IMG/VR virus record: IMGVR_UViG_3300034374_007216
Coordinates: 18,799-82,798 of that record
From: a virus
Length of the DNA: 64,000 nucleotides
Reading direction: 5' to 3' (one strand)
The notes beneath the pieces are model-generated. The model was not told where the DNA came from. It was given only the letters and a program-made list of their open reading frames with translations, and made no database searches. Positions 1-9,771 of the stretch are shown here, in pieces; positions within the stretch are counted from its first letter, which is position 1; each line of letters opens with the position of its first letter. The translations under genes were made by a program, and so were the position numbers.

Positions 1-557
1 TGATGAAATGGAATATAATATGATTCAAGGAAACGACCAATAGGAGTTTTGTCATAATTTTTATTTGTGAGCATAGTAATTTTACTTCCACCATGTGTTC
101 TTGATGGTCTATTTGTTATATATCGTGTAGCGTCGCCGGGTGGTAACGCATTAGCAAGTATTTTACGCCATTCTGGATGCATAATATTTGACAATTGATG
201 TGAGTCTGCATTAGTGTGAGTATCATTAAATTGGTTAATTGCATGTTGTACAACCTCTTTAGGGTCAATATTGAGGCCTCGTGCCGCTAAAAATTCACCA
301 ACATGATGAATAACAGCATCAATTCCATGACGAAAATCACCCATTGCTGTTTGCCATACGAATTCTCCGTGTTTTCCTTCAACCCATTGTCCATCGTATG
401 AATTACCTTGACCGTCATGAGCGAATGCTGGAATATCGAATTGGTTTTCACCTGCACGAAAATGTGATGGTGGAGGATTTCTCAAAATTGCTGGTCCTGT
501 TGGTGTGTGAGCCATAAGACTCCACCCCTTGAGCAATGGGTATCGAATCTGTATCAT
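1..557 (-). CDS. Partial hypothetical (probably virion) protein running off the window start
   Basis: ATG at 557 overlaps the stop of the 554..2203 ORF (ATGA); frame reads MIQIRYPLLKGWSLMAHTP... and appears open toward position 1. Confidence 0.65.
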   Translation of the reverse strand, partial: MIQIRYPLLKGWSLMAHTPTGPAILRNPPPSHFRAGENQFDIPAFAHDGQGNSYDGQWVEGKHGEFVWQTAMGDFRHGIDAVIHHVGEFLAARGLNIDPKEVVQHAINQFNDTHTNADSHQLSNIMHPEWRKILANALPPGDATRYITNRPSRTHGGSKITMLTNKNYDKTPIGRFLESYYIPFH

Positions 558-2203
558 CCCATATGCCCCCTACGAGAAATAAGAATACCAGCAGGGTCAA
601 GACCCATTCTGCTTGAATTTGTTTCAAGATTTTGTGTTGGTCCATCATTCTTTTCATCTTCATCTTCATTGTTTTGAACACCTGCGGGGTGGTCGGGAAC
701 ATGACCGTTTTCAAACGCCGAGCCTCCACCTTGCATCGCTTTCTTTAATTTCGCTTCTCTTTCTTTTGCCGCAATAAGCCGACGCATTAAATTAAGCATT
801 TCCATATGTCTTGCGAAATTTTTTGCTTTCAAAATGTCGCTTTGAGTTCTATCTTCACTCATCATAATACTTGATGGTGGTGCTGGCATACTTGGTACAG
901 ATGATTGAACAGGTGGTAATTGTGGTGGCATCATTGGTGGCATCATTGGTGGTTGTGGAGGTCGTGGTGCTCTTACTCGTAGTGGTCGAAGTGATGGTTG
1001 TCGCATCATTCCCTTTTGTTGTGGCAACAATCCACCAAGACGACCCGCTCCTGTTGGACCAGCATAACTGCCTCGTTGTGCAAATCGAGCGTGTGGTGAA
1101 AATGTAGTTCGCACATTACCAAGAATTTTTCTTGCCTCGGATTGACCTTGATAGGCTCGGTATCGTTGTGGGTCTTTACTCATCGGTTGTTTAGTCGCAA
1201 TACCCCTGTGGCTCATTTCAACGGCTAAGTGAGGCAACATCAAACCTGTTTTCTTACCACCTTTGATACCACGCATACGGGCTTTAAACCGTCGCATTGT
1301 TGCCCCTACCGGGTCCATGCCGCCGGGAGGTCGCTTGAATTGTCCTGTTGATGGTCGAAATTCTTGACGGGCTTCTTGTTTTCTGCGTCGTGCAATTGTG
1401 CGTGGTGTTTCTATTTTGAGCAAATTACTCCAAGCATCATCCATCGGCTCGCTCATAGTGAAACCTGTTTTTTCATTAAACGGTACATCAGTAAAATCAC
1501 GATATTCACCTTCTATATCATCAAACGGGGGTCGTGCATCATCAACAATAAAATTATGTAAATCATATAATCTATCAAAAAAATCTTCACGAGATGTAGC
1601 ACCTGCTAAATGGTCTATATCGGGTTGTGTAAAATCATCCCCAATTCCTTCGTATTCCCACGGTTTATCTATCAATTCTTGAATCCAATTATACCATTCG
1701 GGGTGAACATCATCACGATTTGGCATATTATATCTGTATTTGTATTGATTTTCTCCGGGGTGTACAGTAGGTTCTTCCTTCAACAATGTACTCCAAGCAT
1801 CATCCATCGGCTCGCTCATTGCGATTGGTAATGGTCCTGTCATTGCTGAACCTGTGCCTGTTTTAGCACCTGTAGCAAGGTCAAGTAAATTACCTCGACT
1901 ACCGGGCGGTCCACCTGTAAGTCCAATTTCACGCTCTTCATCTCTTTTGTTTGAATCATTCATAGCAACAGGGCTTTCTTCACCACGCAATCCTTGTGAA
2001 GCACGAATTTTAATGTGTTTTATTTTACCCTTATTTGCTTTCTTTTCTTCTTCTTTGAGTTTCTTTTCTTCACGCTTTTGCTCATTGTATTCGGGTGAAG
2101 CGGGATTGTATTTTGTTTCATCTTCATTTGCAGATGAATACATCTTATCCGATTCACTACGAGGGTTATACAGGCGAGTGTCCGAACCTCTTCCCATAAC
2201 CAT
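554..2203 (-). CDS. Low-complexity putative virion/internal protein with two SEPMDDAWSxLLK motifs
   Basis: 549-aa ORF; basic and Pro-rich segments; the motif flanks an acidic insert. Confidence 0.7.
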   Translation of the reverse strand: MVMGRGSDTRLYNPRSESDKMYSSANEDETKYNPASPEYNEQKREEKKLKEEEKKANKGKIKHIKIRASQGLRGEESPVAMNDSNKRDEEREIGLTGGPPGSRGNLLDLATGAKTGTGSAMTGPLPIAMSEPMDDAWSTLLKEEPTVHPGENQYKYRYNMPNRDDVHPEWYNWIQELIDKPWEYEGIGDDFTQPDIDHLAGATSREDFFDRLYDLHNFIVDDARPPFDDIEGEYRDFTDVPFNEKTGFTMSEPMDDAWSNLLKIETPRTIARRRKQEARQEFRPSTGQFKRPPGGMDPVGATMRRFKARMRGIKGGKKTGLMLPHLAVEMSHRGIATKQPMSKDPQRYRAYQGQSEARKILGNVRTTFSPHARFAQRGSYAGPTGAGRLGGLLPQQKGMMRQPSLRPLRVRAPRPPQPPMMPPMMPPQLPPVQSSVPSMPAPPSSIMMSEDRTQSDILKAKNFARHMEMLNLMRRLIAAKEREAKLKKAMQGGGSAFENGHVPDHPAGVQNNEDEDEKNDGPTQNLETNSSRMGLDPAGILISRRGHMG

Positions 2204-2880
2204 TATTCAACCCCCATGTTTTCTTGCAATTGGCGTTTTATACGCATCCAAGTTTCGGGGCTTTCTTTACCCAACTCAACTTGAAGAATGTTAAATGTTT
2301 GATTGACTTGTTGCCCATCACTCTTTGCACCCCATTGGTCTTGGAAACGCAACAAGTCTTTGACAGTTTCTCGTACTTCTTTATGAAGAGCGACAGCATC
2401 TCGTACAAACCCATCTTCATGTACAGTTCCTTCATCAAGTAGTTCACTTAGTTTGTGATTTAATTTCTCAGCATTTGAACGGAGTAAAGCAATTTCTTGA
2501 CCCGCAACAAGTGCCACTTCCATAGCCGCAGATTTTTGGACAAGTGGTTGAAAATGACTCTTCATATGACGATATACAACAGTTTCTTTTATCTCTAATT
2601 GATTTGCTATTTCATCGGATGTAATTTCATTTGAGAAATAAGCGGTTTCATACTCAGCACGCATTGGTGTAGTACACACAGGACACGATTCATTTGCCGC
2701 TTCGTAATATTCACCCATATGATTTCGATAATGACGGTCTGCGGTGTTCTGCCTCCACCCCATATCTTTATCCAATTGACGAGCAGAAATGTGGCCTTGA
2801 AGCATCTCTTCTTCTAATGAATCACGCTCTTCGGAAATGCAAAAAGCACAGGAACGCTTGACTATACGCTCCGCCGCCAT
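2203..2880 (-). CDS. CxxC/HTH-repeat DNA-binding protein, possible terminase small subunit
   Basis: Two CxxC + HTH-like units (CAFC...HYRNHM; CPVC...YRHMKSH) and a coiled C-terminus; start reassigned to MAAERIVK. Confidence 0.45.
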   Translation of the reverse strand: MAAERIVKRSCAFCISEERDSLEEEMLQGHISARQLDKDMGWRQNTADRHYRNHMGEYYEAANESCPVCTTPMRAEYETAYFSNEITSDEIANQLEIKETVVYRHMKSHFQPLVQKSAAMEVALVAGQEIALLRSNAEKLNHKLSELLDEGTVHEDGFVRDAVALHKEVRETVKDLLRFQDQWGAKSDGQQVNQTFNILQVELGKESPETWMRIKRQLQENMGVE

Positions 2881-2940
2881 GAGCGTTCTATAGAGTTCAA
2901 GTTCAAAACAATTATGGATGAAAGGTGCTTCCAACATACC

Positions 2941-3252
2941 ATGTGGGGGCGAAAACGAATAGCCAAAATACCCCTCACAAAAGAAACGCTTCAAAGCCTA
3001 ACAAACGCCGCATCCGATGTTTGTCATGGTCGTTTTGCTCCAAAACACATTGTAGCCGAGCGTTTAAGAATTTGTTCAACTTGTCCTTACGGCGGTACAA
3101 GATGTGATTTGTGTGGCTGTTTTATCAAAACAAAAGTATCACTATTGAATTCTAAATGCCCAATAGAAAAGTGGTCAAGCCCCTCTCGTGATGCGGGAAT
3201 AGACAGCACTCAAGAAAATAGTGCTGGCGAAGATTCCAATGACAAGGTATGA
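2941..3252 (+). CDS. Small Cys-rich zinc-binding protein (DUF6171-like)
   Basis: ERLRICSTCP...CDLCGCFIKTK...KCPIEKW pattern. Confidence 0.6.
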   Translation: MWGRKRIAKIPLTKETLQSLTNAASDVCHGRFAPKHIVAERLRICSTCPYGGTRCDLCGCFIKTKVSLLNSKCPIEKWSSPSRDAGIDSTQENSAGEDSNDKV

Positions 3253-3417
3253 TGCTTTTTCCGAGCCAAGTGTATCTCCTTTAAACAAGAGAATCATTGT
3301 AAGAGCCACAATGAATGAAATAATTTGTACCATAATCATGTCAATAATCACGCTTCGATTTGGGTTTAAAACATCAAGTGTTGTTGCGGCAAATGAAGAT
3401 GGAAGGTATTTATCCAT
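3175..3417 (-). CDS. Small two-TM membrane protein
   Basis: Two hydrophobic stretches; last gene of the minus-strand GTPase operon. Confidence 0.6.
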   Translation of the reverse strand: MDKYLPSSFAATTLDVLNPNRSVIIDMIMVQIISFIVALTMILLFKGDTLGSEKASYLVIGIFASTIFLSAVYSRITRGA

Positions 3418-3418
3418 A

Positions 3419-4093
3419 TTATCTTCCTCCCGTTATAATACTACGAGCAAATGAACCAACACCGCCTCCAACTTTTTGCATCATTCCCTCATCAGCAAGT
3501 GCTGAATGTAGCATACCACCCATCATTGATTGTTGTGCAAAATATGCTAATTGTTGTTGGTTTTGTTCAGCCGCATTAATGTTTTGTTGTGCGGTGCTTT
3601 GAAGAGATGAAAAATGAGATTTTACATTTTCACTGCTAATGGTTTGCAAGTGTTGTGGTAATTTTGATACATCAAGTGTCATTGTTCCATTATCTTCGTC
3701 AATGTTGAATGTAGCATTTCGCAATATTTCAAGAACTGAAAACGAAATAAGTGAAGATAACATATCAATCATTAAGCCCATTTGATTACTTGCAATAAAC
3801 CTGTCAATAGGCACTATACCACGAAGCAACATGATTTGCAATTCCATATCGGATGGTGGAGTAATTGGTTGCTGACCCCATTGACTTGCTTGGCCTCCCG
3901 TCATACCGTTCATGAACGCCCCTGTGCCACCTTGCATCATTGGTTGTTGTGTTGCCCACGGATTTTGCATTTGCATAGGAGAATTTCCCATTGATGCACC
4001 TAAATTTAACGCACCATTGCTATTTGTATATTGTGTGCTACTCAAACCTAACATCTTACTCGATACCCCCAAACATTTCTTGTTCAAGAGCAT
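3419..4093 (-). CDS. Hypothetical Gln/Met/Gly-rich protein
   Basis: 224-aa ORF tightly packed in operon; true start probably MLGLSS. Confidence 0.6.
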   Translation of the reverse strand: MLLNKKCLGVSSKMLGLSSTQYTNSNGALNLGASMGNSPMQMQNPWATQQPMMQGGTGAFMNGMTGGQASQWGQQPITPPSDMELQIMLLRGIVPIDRFIASNQMGLMIDMLSSLISFSVLEILRNATFNIDEDNGTMTLDVSKLPQHLQTISSENVKSHFSSLQSTAQQNINAAEQNQQQLAYFAQQSMMGGMLHSALADEGMMQKVGGGVGSFARSIITGGR

Positions 4094-4985
4094 TTTGGTT
4101 ATTTATCATATCTTGAAATGAGGCAGTTGGTTGGTTCATCATAAATAATTCATGCTCAAAAATCCTCAAATCAAATGTAATTGTAGTGATGTCATTGCGA
4201 TTAGTCATTGGATTTGTATAATGAGTAATTGTAATTCCATTGGTTTTCTTTGAATCTCGAATCAACTCATCAAGGAACGGTTCATATTTTTGCAACATTT
4301 CGGGTGTTGGGTCTTTTTTCTTAAATGAAGAAACCGGCACAGTAACTACGCTGACTCCTTTTTTCACTTGGTCACGAAGTCTTTTTGGATTAGCCTCTCT
4401 AATTTTATCTTCTTCTGCTTCCCACTTGCAAAGAAGATGATACAAATGCATGTGTTCGGGGCAATATGTACCTTTCATTTTTCGACCATTCGTAACTTTT
4501 TCTTTTGCTACAAATGCTTCGGCTTGCCCCGTAACAGGGTTTTGCCAATACAATTCCCAAAGTGTATTACCTGTATCTTCATCGCATATTTTGGCATAGA
4601 GATTATCATATTGAATGAGTGTAGCACAATCGCAACCATCAACAACGCACATACTTGATTGTTTATCGTAGCGATATTTACGACCAAAAAACAATCGAAG
4701 AGGATTTAACAAATTTCTTTTTGATGGAGTGAGCAATCGGTATGCTTGTTTAATGTCTTTTTTTCTTGCTTTGTTTGGGTCGGGATGGCGACTTGGATAA
4801 AAATTGACTTTTGGAACTTCTAAGTTTGCTTGATTTGCAATGTTTTGCATAGACTGTTGAGCGGTGGCTTGCTCTAACAAAGCGGCATGACTTAACCCTG
4901 CATTTCCTTGTTGGCTTAGTGCGTACAAATGTGCTTCATTTGCATCCGATAAACGATACTGTGGTTCTCGATAAAAATTCATCAT
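4056..4985 (-). CDS. Hypothetical protein with Cys/His metal-binding motifs
   Basis: 309-aa ORF; CVVDGC and YCPEH motifs. Confidence 0.65.
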   Translation of the reverse strand: MMNFYREPQYRLSDANEAHLYALSQQGNAGLSHAALLEQATAQQSMQNIANQANLEVPKVNFYPSRHPDPNKARKKDIKQAYRLLTPSKRNLLNPLRLFFGRKYRYDKQSSMCVVDGCDCATLIQYDNLYAKICDEDTGNTLWELYWQNPVTGQAEAFVAKEKVTNGRKMKGTYCPEHMHLYHLLCKWEAEEDKIREANPKRLRDQVKKGVSVVTVPVSSFKKKDPTPEMLQKYEPFLDELIRDSKKTNGITITHYTNPMTNRNDITTITFDLRIFEHELFMMNQPTASFQDMINNQNALEQEMFGGIE

Positions 4986-5203
4986 TGTGAATCACCTTTT
5001 ATTTGTGCTGTAAAACCATTGCTGGTTTGTACAATACTCCATTCTATTTTTGTTCCTTTTTTAAGATTTAGAAATTCTGCTATCCACATTGGAATAACAG
5101 TTCTTACACTTTTTGTATCTTTTCCTACTGATGCTACTGTTGTTTTTGTCATATTATCACCTATGCTGTAAGTAAATTTACCATTGTATTTTCCACATTC
5201 CAA
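4982..5203 (-). CDS. AbrB/MazE/SpoVT-like DNA-binding protein
   Basis: SVRTVIPMWIAEFLNLKKGTKIEW signature; true start probably MTKTTV. Confidence 0.65.
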   Translation of the reverse strand: MECGKYNGKFTYSIGDNMTKTTVASVGKDTKSVRTVIPMWIAEFLNLKKGTKIEWSIVQTSNGFTAQIKGDSQ

Positions 5204-5877
5204 CCTATTCTCGTTGCCATGAATGATTTTCTTGTTGGTACACCTGCTTTTTGCAAACGAATTAAATCATCACGAAAAGCATCAAATATTTTGTGTTCTC
5301 CTATTCTGTCTTGCCCCCACAACATTGCGGCAGTTTCATCAAAAAACCTATCCGCTTTGTTTGCTACAATCATAATTAACTTTGGAATATATTTTTTACC
5401 TTTCCATCTGCTTTTTAAATTTCTATATCGGTATTGTCTATGTACGATAGCATCCACTAAATATTTGAAACCAGCAATTTGTTGTAATGCTTCTTCGCCG
5501 CCTTTCAACACTCTATCGTCAAATATATACACAATTGCTTCGGCTTGTCGAGTTACCATGTCATCAATCCATAGATTCCAAAAACGCTCTTGACCACCTA
5601 TATCGGATGAAAATACAACACGCTTTTGACCTTTCCATGAAATACGCTTTCGTGTAGGTTTTGGAAGTAAATACCTACCGAGAATTCGCATATGTTCAGT
5701 ACGCTCTTCTAACGGTATGTCTTCCATTTCACCGGGTGTTGTCATAAAACGGTCAAGTGTAGTTTTACCAACTAATCCCGCACCGTAAATACCGACCTTG
5801 CGTGGCTTCCATGAGTTGTATAGGGTTTGACCCCATATTGCCGCACCGACAACCGCCGAGCCAACGGGTTCAACCAT
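5161..5877 (-). CDS. Ras/Arf-like small GTPase
   Basis: G1 GAGLVGKTT, G2 T, G3 DIGGQ, G4 NKAD; hydrophobic N-terminus. Confidence 0.8.
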   Translation of the reverse strand: MVEPVGSAVVGAAIWGQTLYNSWKPRKVGIYGAGLVGKTTLDRFMTTPGEMEDIPLEERTEHMRILGRYLLPKPTRKRISWKGQKRVVFSSDIGGQERFWNLWIDDMVTRQAEAIVYIFDDRVLKGGEEALQQIAGFKYLVDAIVHRQYRYRNLKSRWKGKKYIPKLIMIVANKADRFFDETAAMLWGQDRIGEHKIFDAFRDDLIRLQKAGVPTRKSFMATRIGWNVENTMVNLLTA

Positions 5878-6130
5878 CTAACCACCCCAATACCCAATTT
5901 CCAAAATCTTCGACTTTGTTCCAAAACCATTCCACTGTATTTACCCATAACGATTCACCTGTTATGTTTTCCCATAAACTCACAAACATCATACCTAAAA
6001 TTGTAAAAAGAATTGTTCTTATCCATCCAATACCTTTTTCGTAATAATTATCAAGTGTGTTTTGCGTATGCAATGCTCGTAGCGTAGCCTCAGTCGAATC
6101 ATCTTCGGGAGTTTTAAAGATTCGACCCAT
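5870..6130 (-). CDS. Small membrane protein
   Basis: TM segment ILFTILGMMFVSLW; Trp-rich amphipathic C-terminus. Confidence 0.6.
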   Translation of the reverse strand: MGRIFKTPEDDSTEATLRALHTQNTLDNYYEKGIGWIRTILFTILGMMFVSLWENITGESLWVNTVEWFWNKVEDFGNWVLGWLDG

Positions 6131-6141
6131 GAGGTATCACC

Positions 6142-6720
6142 TCACTCTTCTTTCTTTTGAAAACGCTTATCTGGTGTTCCATCTTTTTTTAATGTAACAT
6201 CTTCATCTGCAATACCCAAACCTAAATTGATTGGTTGTTTAATTTCAGCAGTATGTTTTGGCGGATTTTCAATAAGTTTGTTTTCTTCTTTAAAAGCGGA
6301 TGGTGCATCTATAACACCCCAAGACGGCGGCATTTTACCGGGATTTAACTCCATCCATCTAAGTTCTGCTTCAAGTTGTGCTTCTTGCACTCTTATTTCC
6401 ATTTCCGACCTGCGTGCATCAAATTGATTTTGCATGTTACGGTATCGAAAACTGCGTTCTCTCTCAATGTTTTGAAGGCGTACTTTTTCTTGCATGTTTT
6501 GTTCAAAGAACATTTTGAAGAAATAATACGCTATACCTTGTACAAAAAATGCCGCCATAGCGTAAGTGAACCCGTTCACTACGGGGTCATTACTGTTTAG
6601 CCACATATCTGCATCAAAGAAACCTATTGCCAATCCTACAAGTGCAGATTGGGCAAGAATTAGCCCCATTAGTCGTATTTCAGCCTCGGTTGTGTTACTA
6701 TTCGGTTGCATTGTCCTCAC
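6142..6720 (-). CDS. Two-TM membrane protein with coiled-coil tail
   Basis: Two hydrophobic helices followed by an E/Q/R-rich coiled region. Confidence 0.65.
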   Translation of the reverse strand: MRTMQPNSNTTEAEIRLMGLILAQSALVGLAIGFFDADMWLNSNDPVVNGFTYAMAAFFVQGIAYYFFKMFFEQNMQEKVRLQNIERERSFRYRNMQNQFDARRSEMEIRVQEAQLEAELRWMELNPGKMPPSWGVIDAPSAFKEENKLIENPPKHTAEIKQPINLGLGIADEDVTLKKDGTPDKRFQKKEE

Positions 6721-6755
6721 TCTTGGTCAAAAATATGGTCATTATAACTGTTTCG

Positions 6756-6927
6756 CTTTATTCACTTTATTCAAAACTTTATTCACTCAAATGACTATTC
6801 CTACTTTATTCACTTTATTCATAGTGTCTTAAAATAATATATAATAAATAATAGAGGTATAATGAATAATGAATATTTGCTTTGGTCATTTTGGTGAATA
6901 AAGTTTTGAATAAAGTGAATAAAGTGA
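6756..6927. repeat. Iteron-like TGAATAAAG repeats in inverted arrangement around an AT-rich core (copy 1)
   Basis: 31-bp inverted repeat 6756-6786 / 6894-6924 around aaaataatatataataaataat. Confidence 0.85.
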
Positions 6928-6931
6928 GTGC

Positions 6932-7393
6932 TTACCATTGCCTAAAGACAGGTACTGAAGTATCTCCGTAGCCTAATTGCTGTAATGCTCTCATACGATG
7001 GCGACCATCATGACCCACAGGACTATCGGTAAATACATAGTCTGCTCTTGGTATTACAAAACGCATATCTTCTCCTTGCATTGCTCTTTGCATGAGGTTT
7101 TTGTAGTAATCATCTTCAACCATTTCATCTGTTCCTGTTTCTTGTAAGAATTGATTTGGAGTCATGTTGGTTATTTCCGCAAAATCTTCTAAATCACTTT
7201 CATGCGGTATTTCTCTTTCAGTTGAATCAAATGTTTTTCCTTCTTTTATCCAAACACCCGGTAATCCCCCATGAAGACTTTTATCTTGTGTCCAATCTTC
7301 ATTATCTCCTTGAGTGACAAAACGAATACCGGGTACATTTGTTTCATACACCGGCATTTTCAAAAACAACCAAGCCTTGTCCATCGGAGTCAT
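6932..7393 (-). CDS. ParB/Srx-like domain protein with MTPMDKAWLFLK leader
   Basis: HDGRHRMRALQQLGY...VPV matches the ParB-like DG.HR motif. Confidence 0.6.
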   Translation of the reverse strand: MTPMDKAWLFLKMPVYETNVPGIRFVTQGDNEDWTQDKSLHGGLPGVWIKEGKTFDSTEREIPHESDLEDFAEITNMTPNQFLQETGTDEMVEDDYYKNLMQRAMQGEDMRFVIPRADYVFTDSPVGHDGRHRMRALQQLGYGDTSVPVFRQW

Positions 7394-7395
7394 TT

Positions 7396-9726
7396 TTACA
7401 ACTCCCGAAGAGTTCCCTTGTCTTTGAAATGTCTTGCCCTGTTTTCATGTTCTCCTTCAAGAGTTAATTTGCCACCTTCGGTGTGGCTGATGTCTTTATG
7501 GTCGTGGCTACCGTATATGCCACGCTTTCTTCGTTCTTGGTTAAGTTGCTCTCTATACTTTATTCTTTCGGGGCTGGACTCATACTTCTTGTCGTACTCC
7601 AACTTGTGCCGCTTGGCTTCGGGGCTTACACGCTCTTTGAGCAGTTGAAAGGCGATTTCCATAGGTTCGCTGGCGAGTTTCTTCCATTGAGAGGGGTGTA
7701 CTGCGTGCGCTCTTACGGGGTCAAGGAGGCCATCGGGTTTAGTATCACCAAAATCAATACCACCGGGCATTTCCGCTTGCGAGTCTTGCCATGCGTCAAA
7801 CATTATTTCCATTACTGCTCGGTCTAATTCCTCTTTTGTAGTAGGAAAATGATTTTGAAAAGCCATATTCATGAAGTAATTTCCTTGATTATTCAAAAAG
7901 GATAACTTGTCATCATCACTCATGTTTTCCACATAATCCCACAAAGAATTGGTAGTAGCAATAAGTTGTTCATCTGCTTCATCATTCCATATTTGTTCAT
8001 GAGGATGAATGTACTCTTCGTCTTGATAATCAATGTCTTCCTTGAGCAGTTGGAAGGCGATGTTCATTGGTTCGCTGGCGAGTTTTTCATCTTCATTTTC
8101 TGCTTCTTCATTTTCTGGCTCTTGCTTTTTAGGCAACCGCACAGTTAATGGTTTTCTGTTTGTATATACATTAACAGGGTTTGCAATTCCCATTCTTTTT
8201 CTTTCTTCATTTGCCGCCTGTAATTCATCTAATCTATTTTGCCATAACATTTCGCCTCTTTTCTTATCATCTGCTCTTTTTTCCCAATAGGTTAAGGGTA
8301 CGAAATCTGGCGATGACTCATTAGTTGTTCTAAAATTTAAATGATTTCTGCCGGTATCTCTCATAGTATTTTTTAAATTGTTAATAAATCTTACATCCAT
8401 ATCATCCGGTTTATCCAAACCTAATGGATAATTGGGTAAATTTTCCATTGGTGCTATATTTTCATTCAATCTAAATCGGGGGCTGAATAACCGGTAGCGG
8501 AGTAATTGACTATAATCATTTTTGAGCAACCGCAAAGCGATGTCCATTGGTTCGCCTGTGTATTTCATTTGGTCGGCTTCACTAAAACCAGCATTATCAC
8601 ACATTTCATCATATAATTCATATTCCATTATTTCTTCACAACTTGCGTTTTCAACTTCTTCTATCAAAGATTCCATATATTTTAACGCTTCGTGCTTATG
8701 CGGAGTTTCATATTCGGGGTCATTTTCCTCACCAAAAGTCCAATTAGGCCCATCTTCATCTTCATCTTCAATTATCTGATTTAGGTAATTTTGGTAATCT
8801 GAAAGTATTTCTGTTCTAACAGTTTCAGCACAAGAGCAAGGGTCATTATTTTCTATTGTTTGCATATCTATCATGGGTGTATCTTCTTGCATTGGTGCTT
8901 GCTCTTCAACACTTTGAGTCATTGGAGGTTGCAATTCAAGGCTTTGTTTGAGCAGTTGGAAGGCGATTTCCATTGGTTCACCTTTTGGAAATGTAAAATC
9001 CGTTAATGGTTCATTTAAAAGTTGTTGATTTTTACTCCATTGTTGAAATGGGTCGTGAAAATCCTCAATAGATTCCCATGATTGAGGTGTTCGCTCAAGA
9101 GTAACGGGTGAAACATCTTCACTAAGAACAGGTGGTATTCCATATGCTATCAATTGTTTTGCGGCTTCAATTTCCTTTTCTTTTAATTCATCAATAGATA
9201 AATTATTCGTTGGCATTAAAGCAGTTGCCGCCATTCTTAATGCATGAAAATCTATAGGTCTGTTTGTAATTCTTTGAATATCACTTTCTGGTACATCGCC
9301 ATAAATTATACCTTCGGGTTGCAAGACTTCTGCATATCTTTGTGGTGTATTTTTACCTTCAAACCCATAAAGATGCAACGGTCTATTTCCATGCTTGTAA
9401 CTTGAAGGCACATCTGCTTTTGAATGCGATTGAAAATCGGGATTGAATGAAAATAATTCTGCGGGATATGTAAAACGGCCACCTAAAGGTACTCCGTCTA
9501 ATTCCAAAGGTAATTTATCTATATTTTTGTGTCGAGCGTATCTTAGGTTATTTCTAAAAAATACATTTTCTCCACTCATTAACGACCTTGCTTCTGCTGG
9601 TGTTTTGTATTCTGCTGGTTGCATTCTAAGTGAATGTATGCTTCCACCTAACGGGTTCACATCTTCAAGATACTGCCGATACTCTTGGGGCGAAATGTAC
9701 GCTTTGCGTATCGCCACCTTCCGCAT
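7396..9726 (-). CDS. Multi-module polyprotein: N-terminal ART-like domain, four EPMxIAxxLLK linkers, C-terminal HNH-like module
   Basis: 776-aa ORF; motifs at about 8947, 8521, 8041 and 7636; C-terminal KDISH...ENRAR. Confidence 0.65.
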   Translation of the reverse strand: MRKVAIRKAYISPQEYRQYLEDVNPLGGSIHSLRMQPAEYKTPAEARSLMSGENVFFRNNLRYARHKNIDKLPLELDGVPLGGRFTYPAELFSFNPDFQSHSKADVPSSYKHGNRPLHLYGFEGKNTPQRYAEVLQPEGIIYGDVPESDIQRITNRPIDFHALRMAATALMPTNNLSIDELKEKEIEAAKQLIAYGIPPVLSEDVSPVTLERTPQSWESIEDFHDPFQQWSKNQQLLNEPLTDFTFPKGEPMEIAFQLLKQSLELQPPMTQSVEEQAPMQEDTPMIDMQTIENNDPCSCAETVRTEILSDYQNYLNQIIEDEDEDGPNWTFGEENDPEYETPHKHEALKYMESLIEEVENASCEEIMEYELYDEMCDNAGFSEADQMKYTGEPMDIALRLLKNDYSQLLRYRLFSPRFRLNENIAPMENLPNYPLGLDKPDDMDVRFINNLKNTMRDTGRNHLNFRTTNESSPDFVPLTYWEKRADDKKRGEMLWQNRLDELQAANEERKRMGIANPVNVYTNRKPLTVRLPKKQEPENEEAENEDEKLASEPMNIAFQLLKEDIDYQDEEYIHPHEQIWNDEADEQLIATTNSLWDYVENMSDDDKLSFLNNQGNYFMNMAFQNHFPTTKEELDRAVMEIMFDAWQDSQAEMPGGIDFGDTKPDGLLDPVRAHAVHPSQWKKLASEPMEIAFQLLKERVSPEAKRHKLEYDKKYESSPERIKYREQLNQERRKRGIYGSHDHKDISHTEGGKLTLEGEHENRARHFKDKGTLREL

Positions 9727-9771
9727 GGTATTTCTAAACGCCCATAAATTAAAGAATTATCGCCTTATGCG

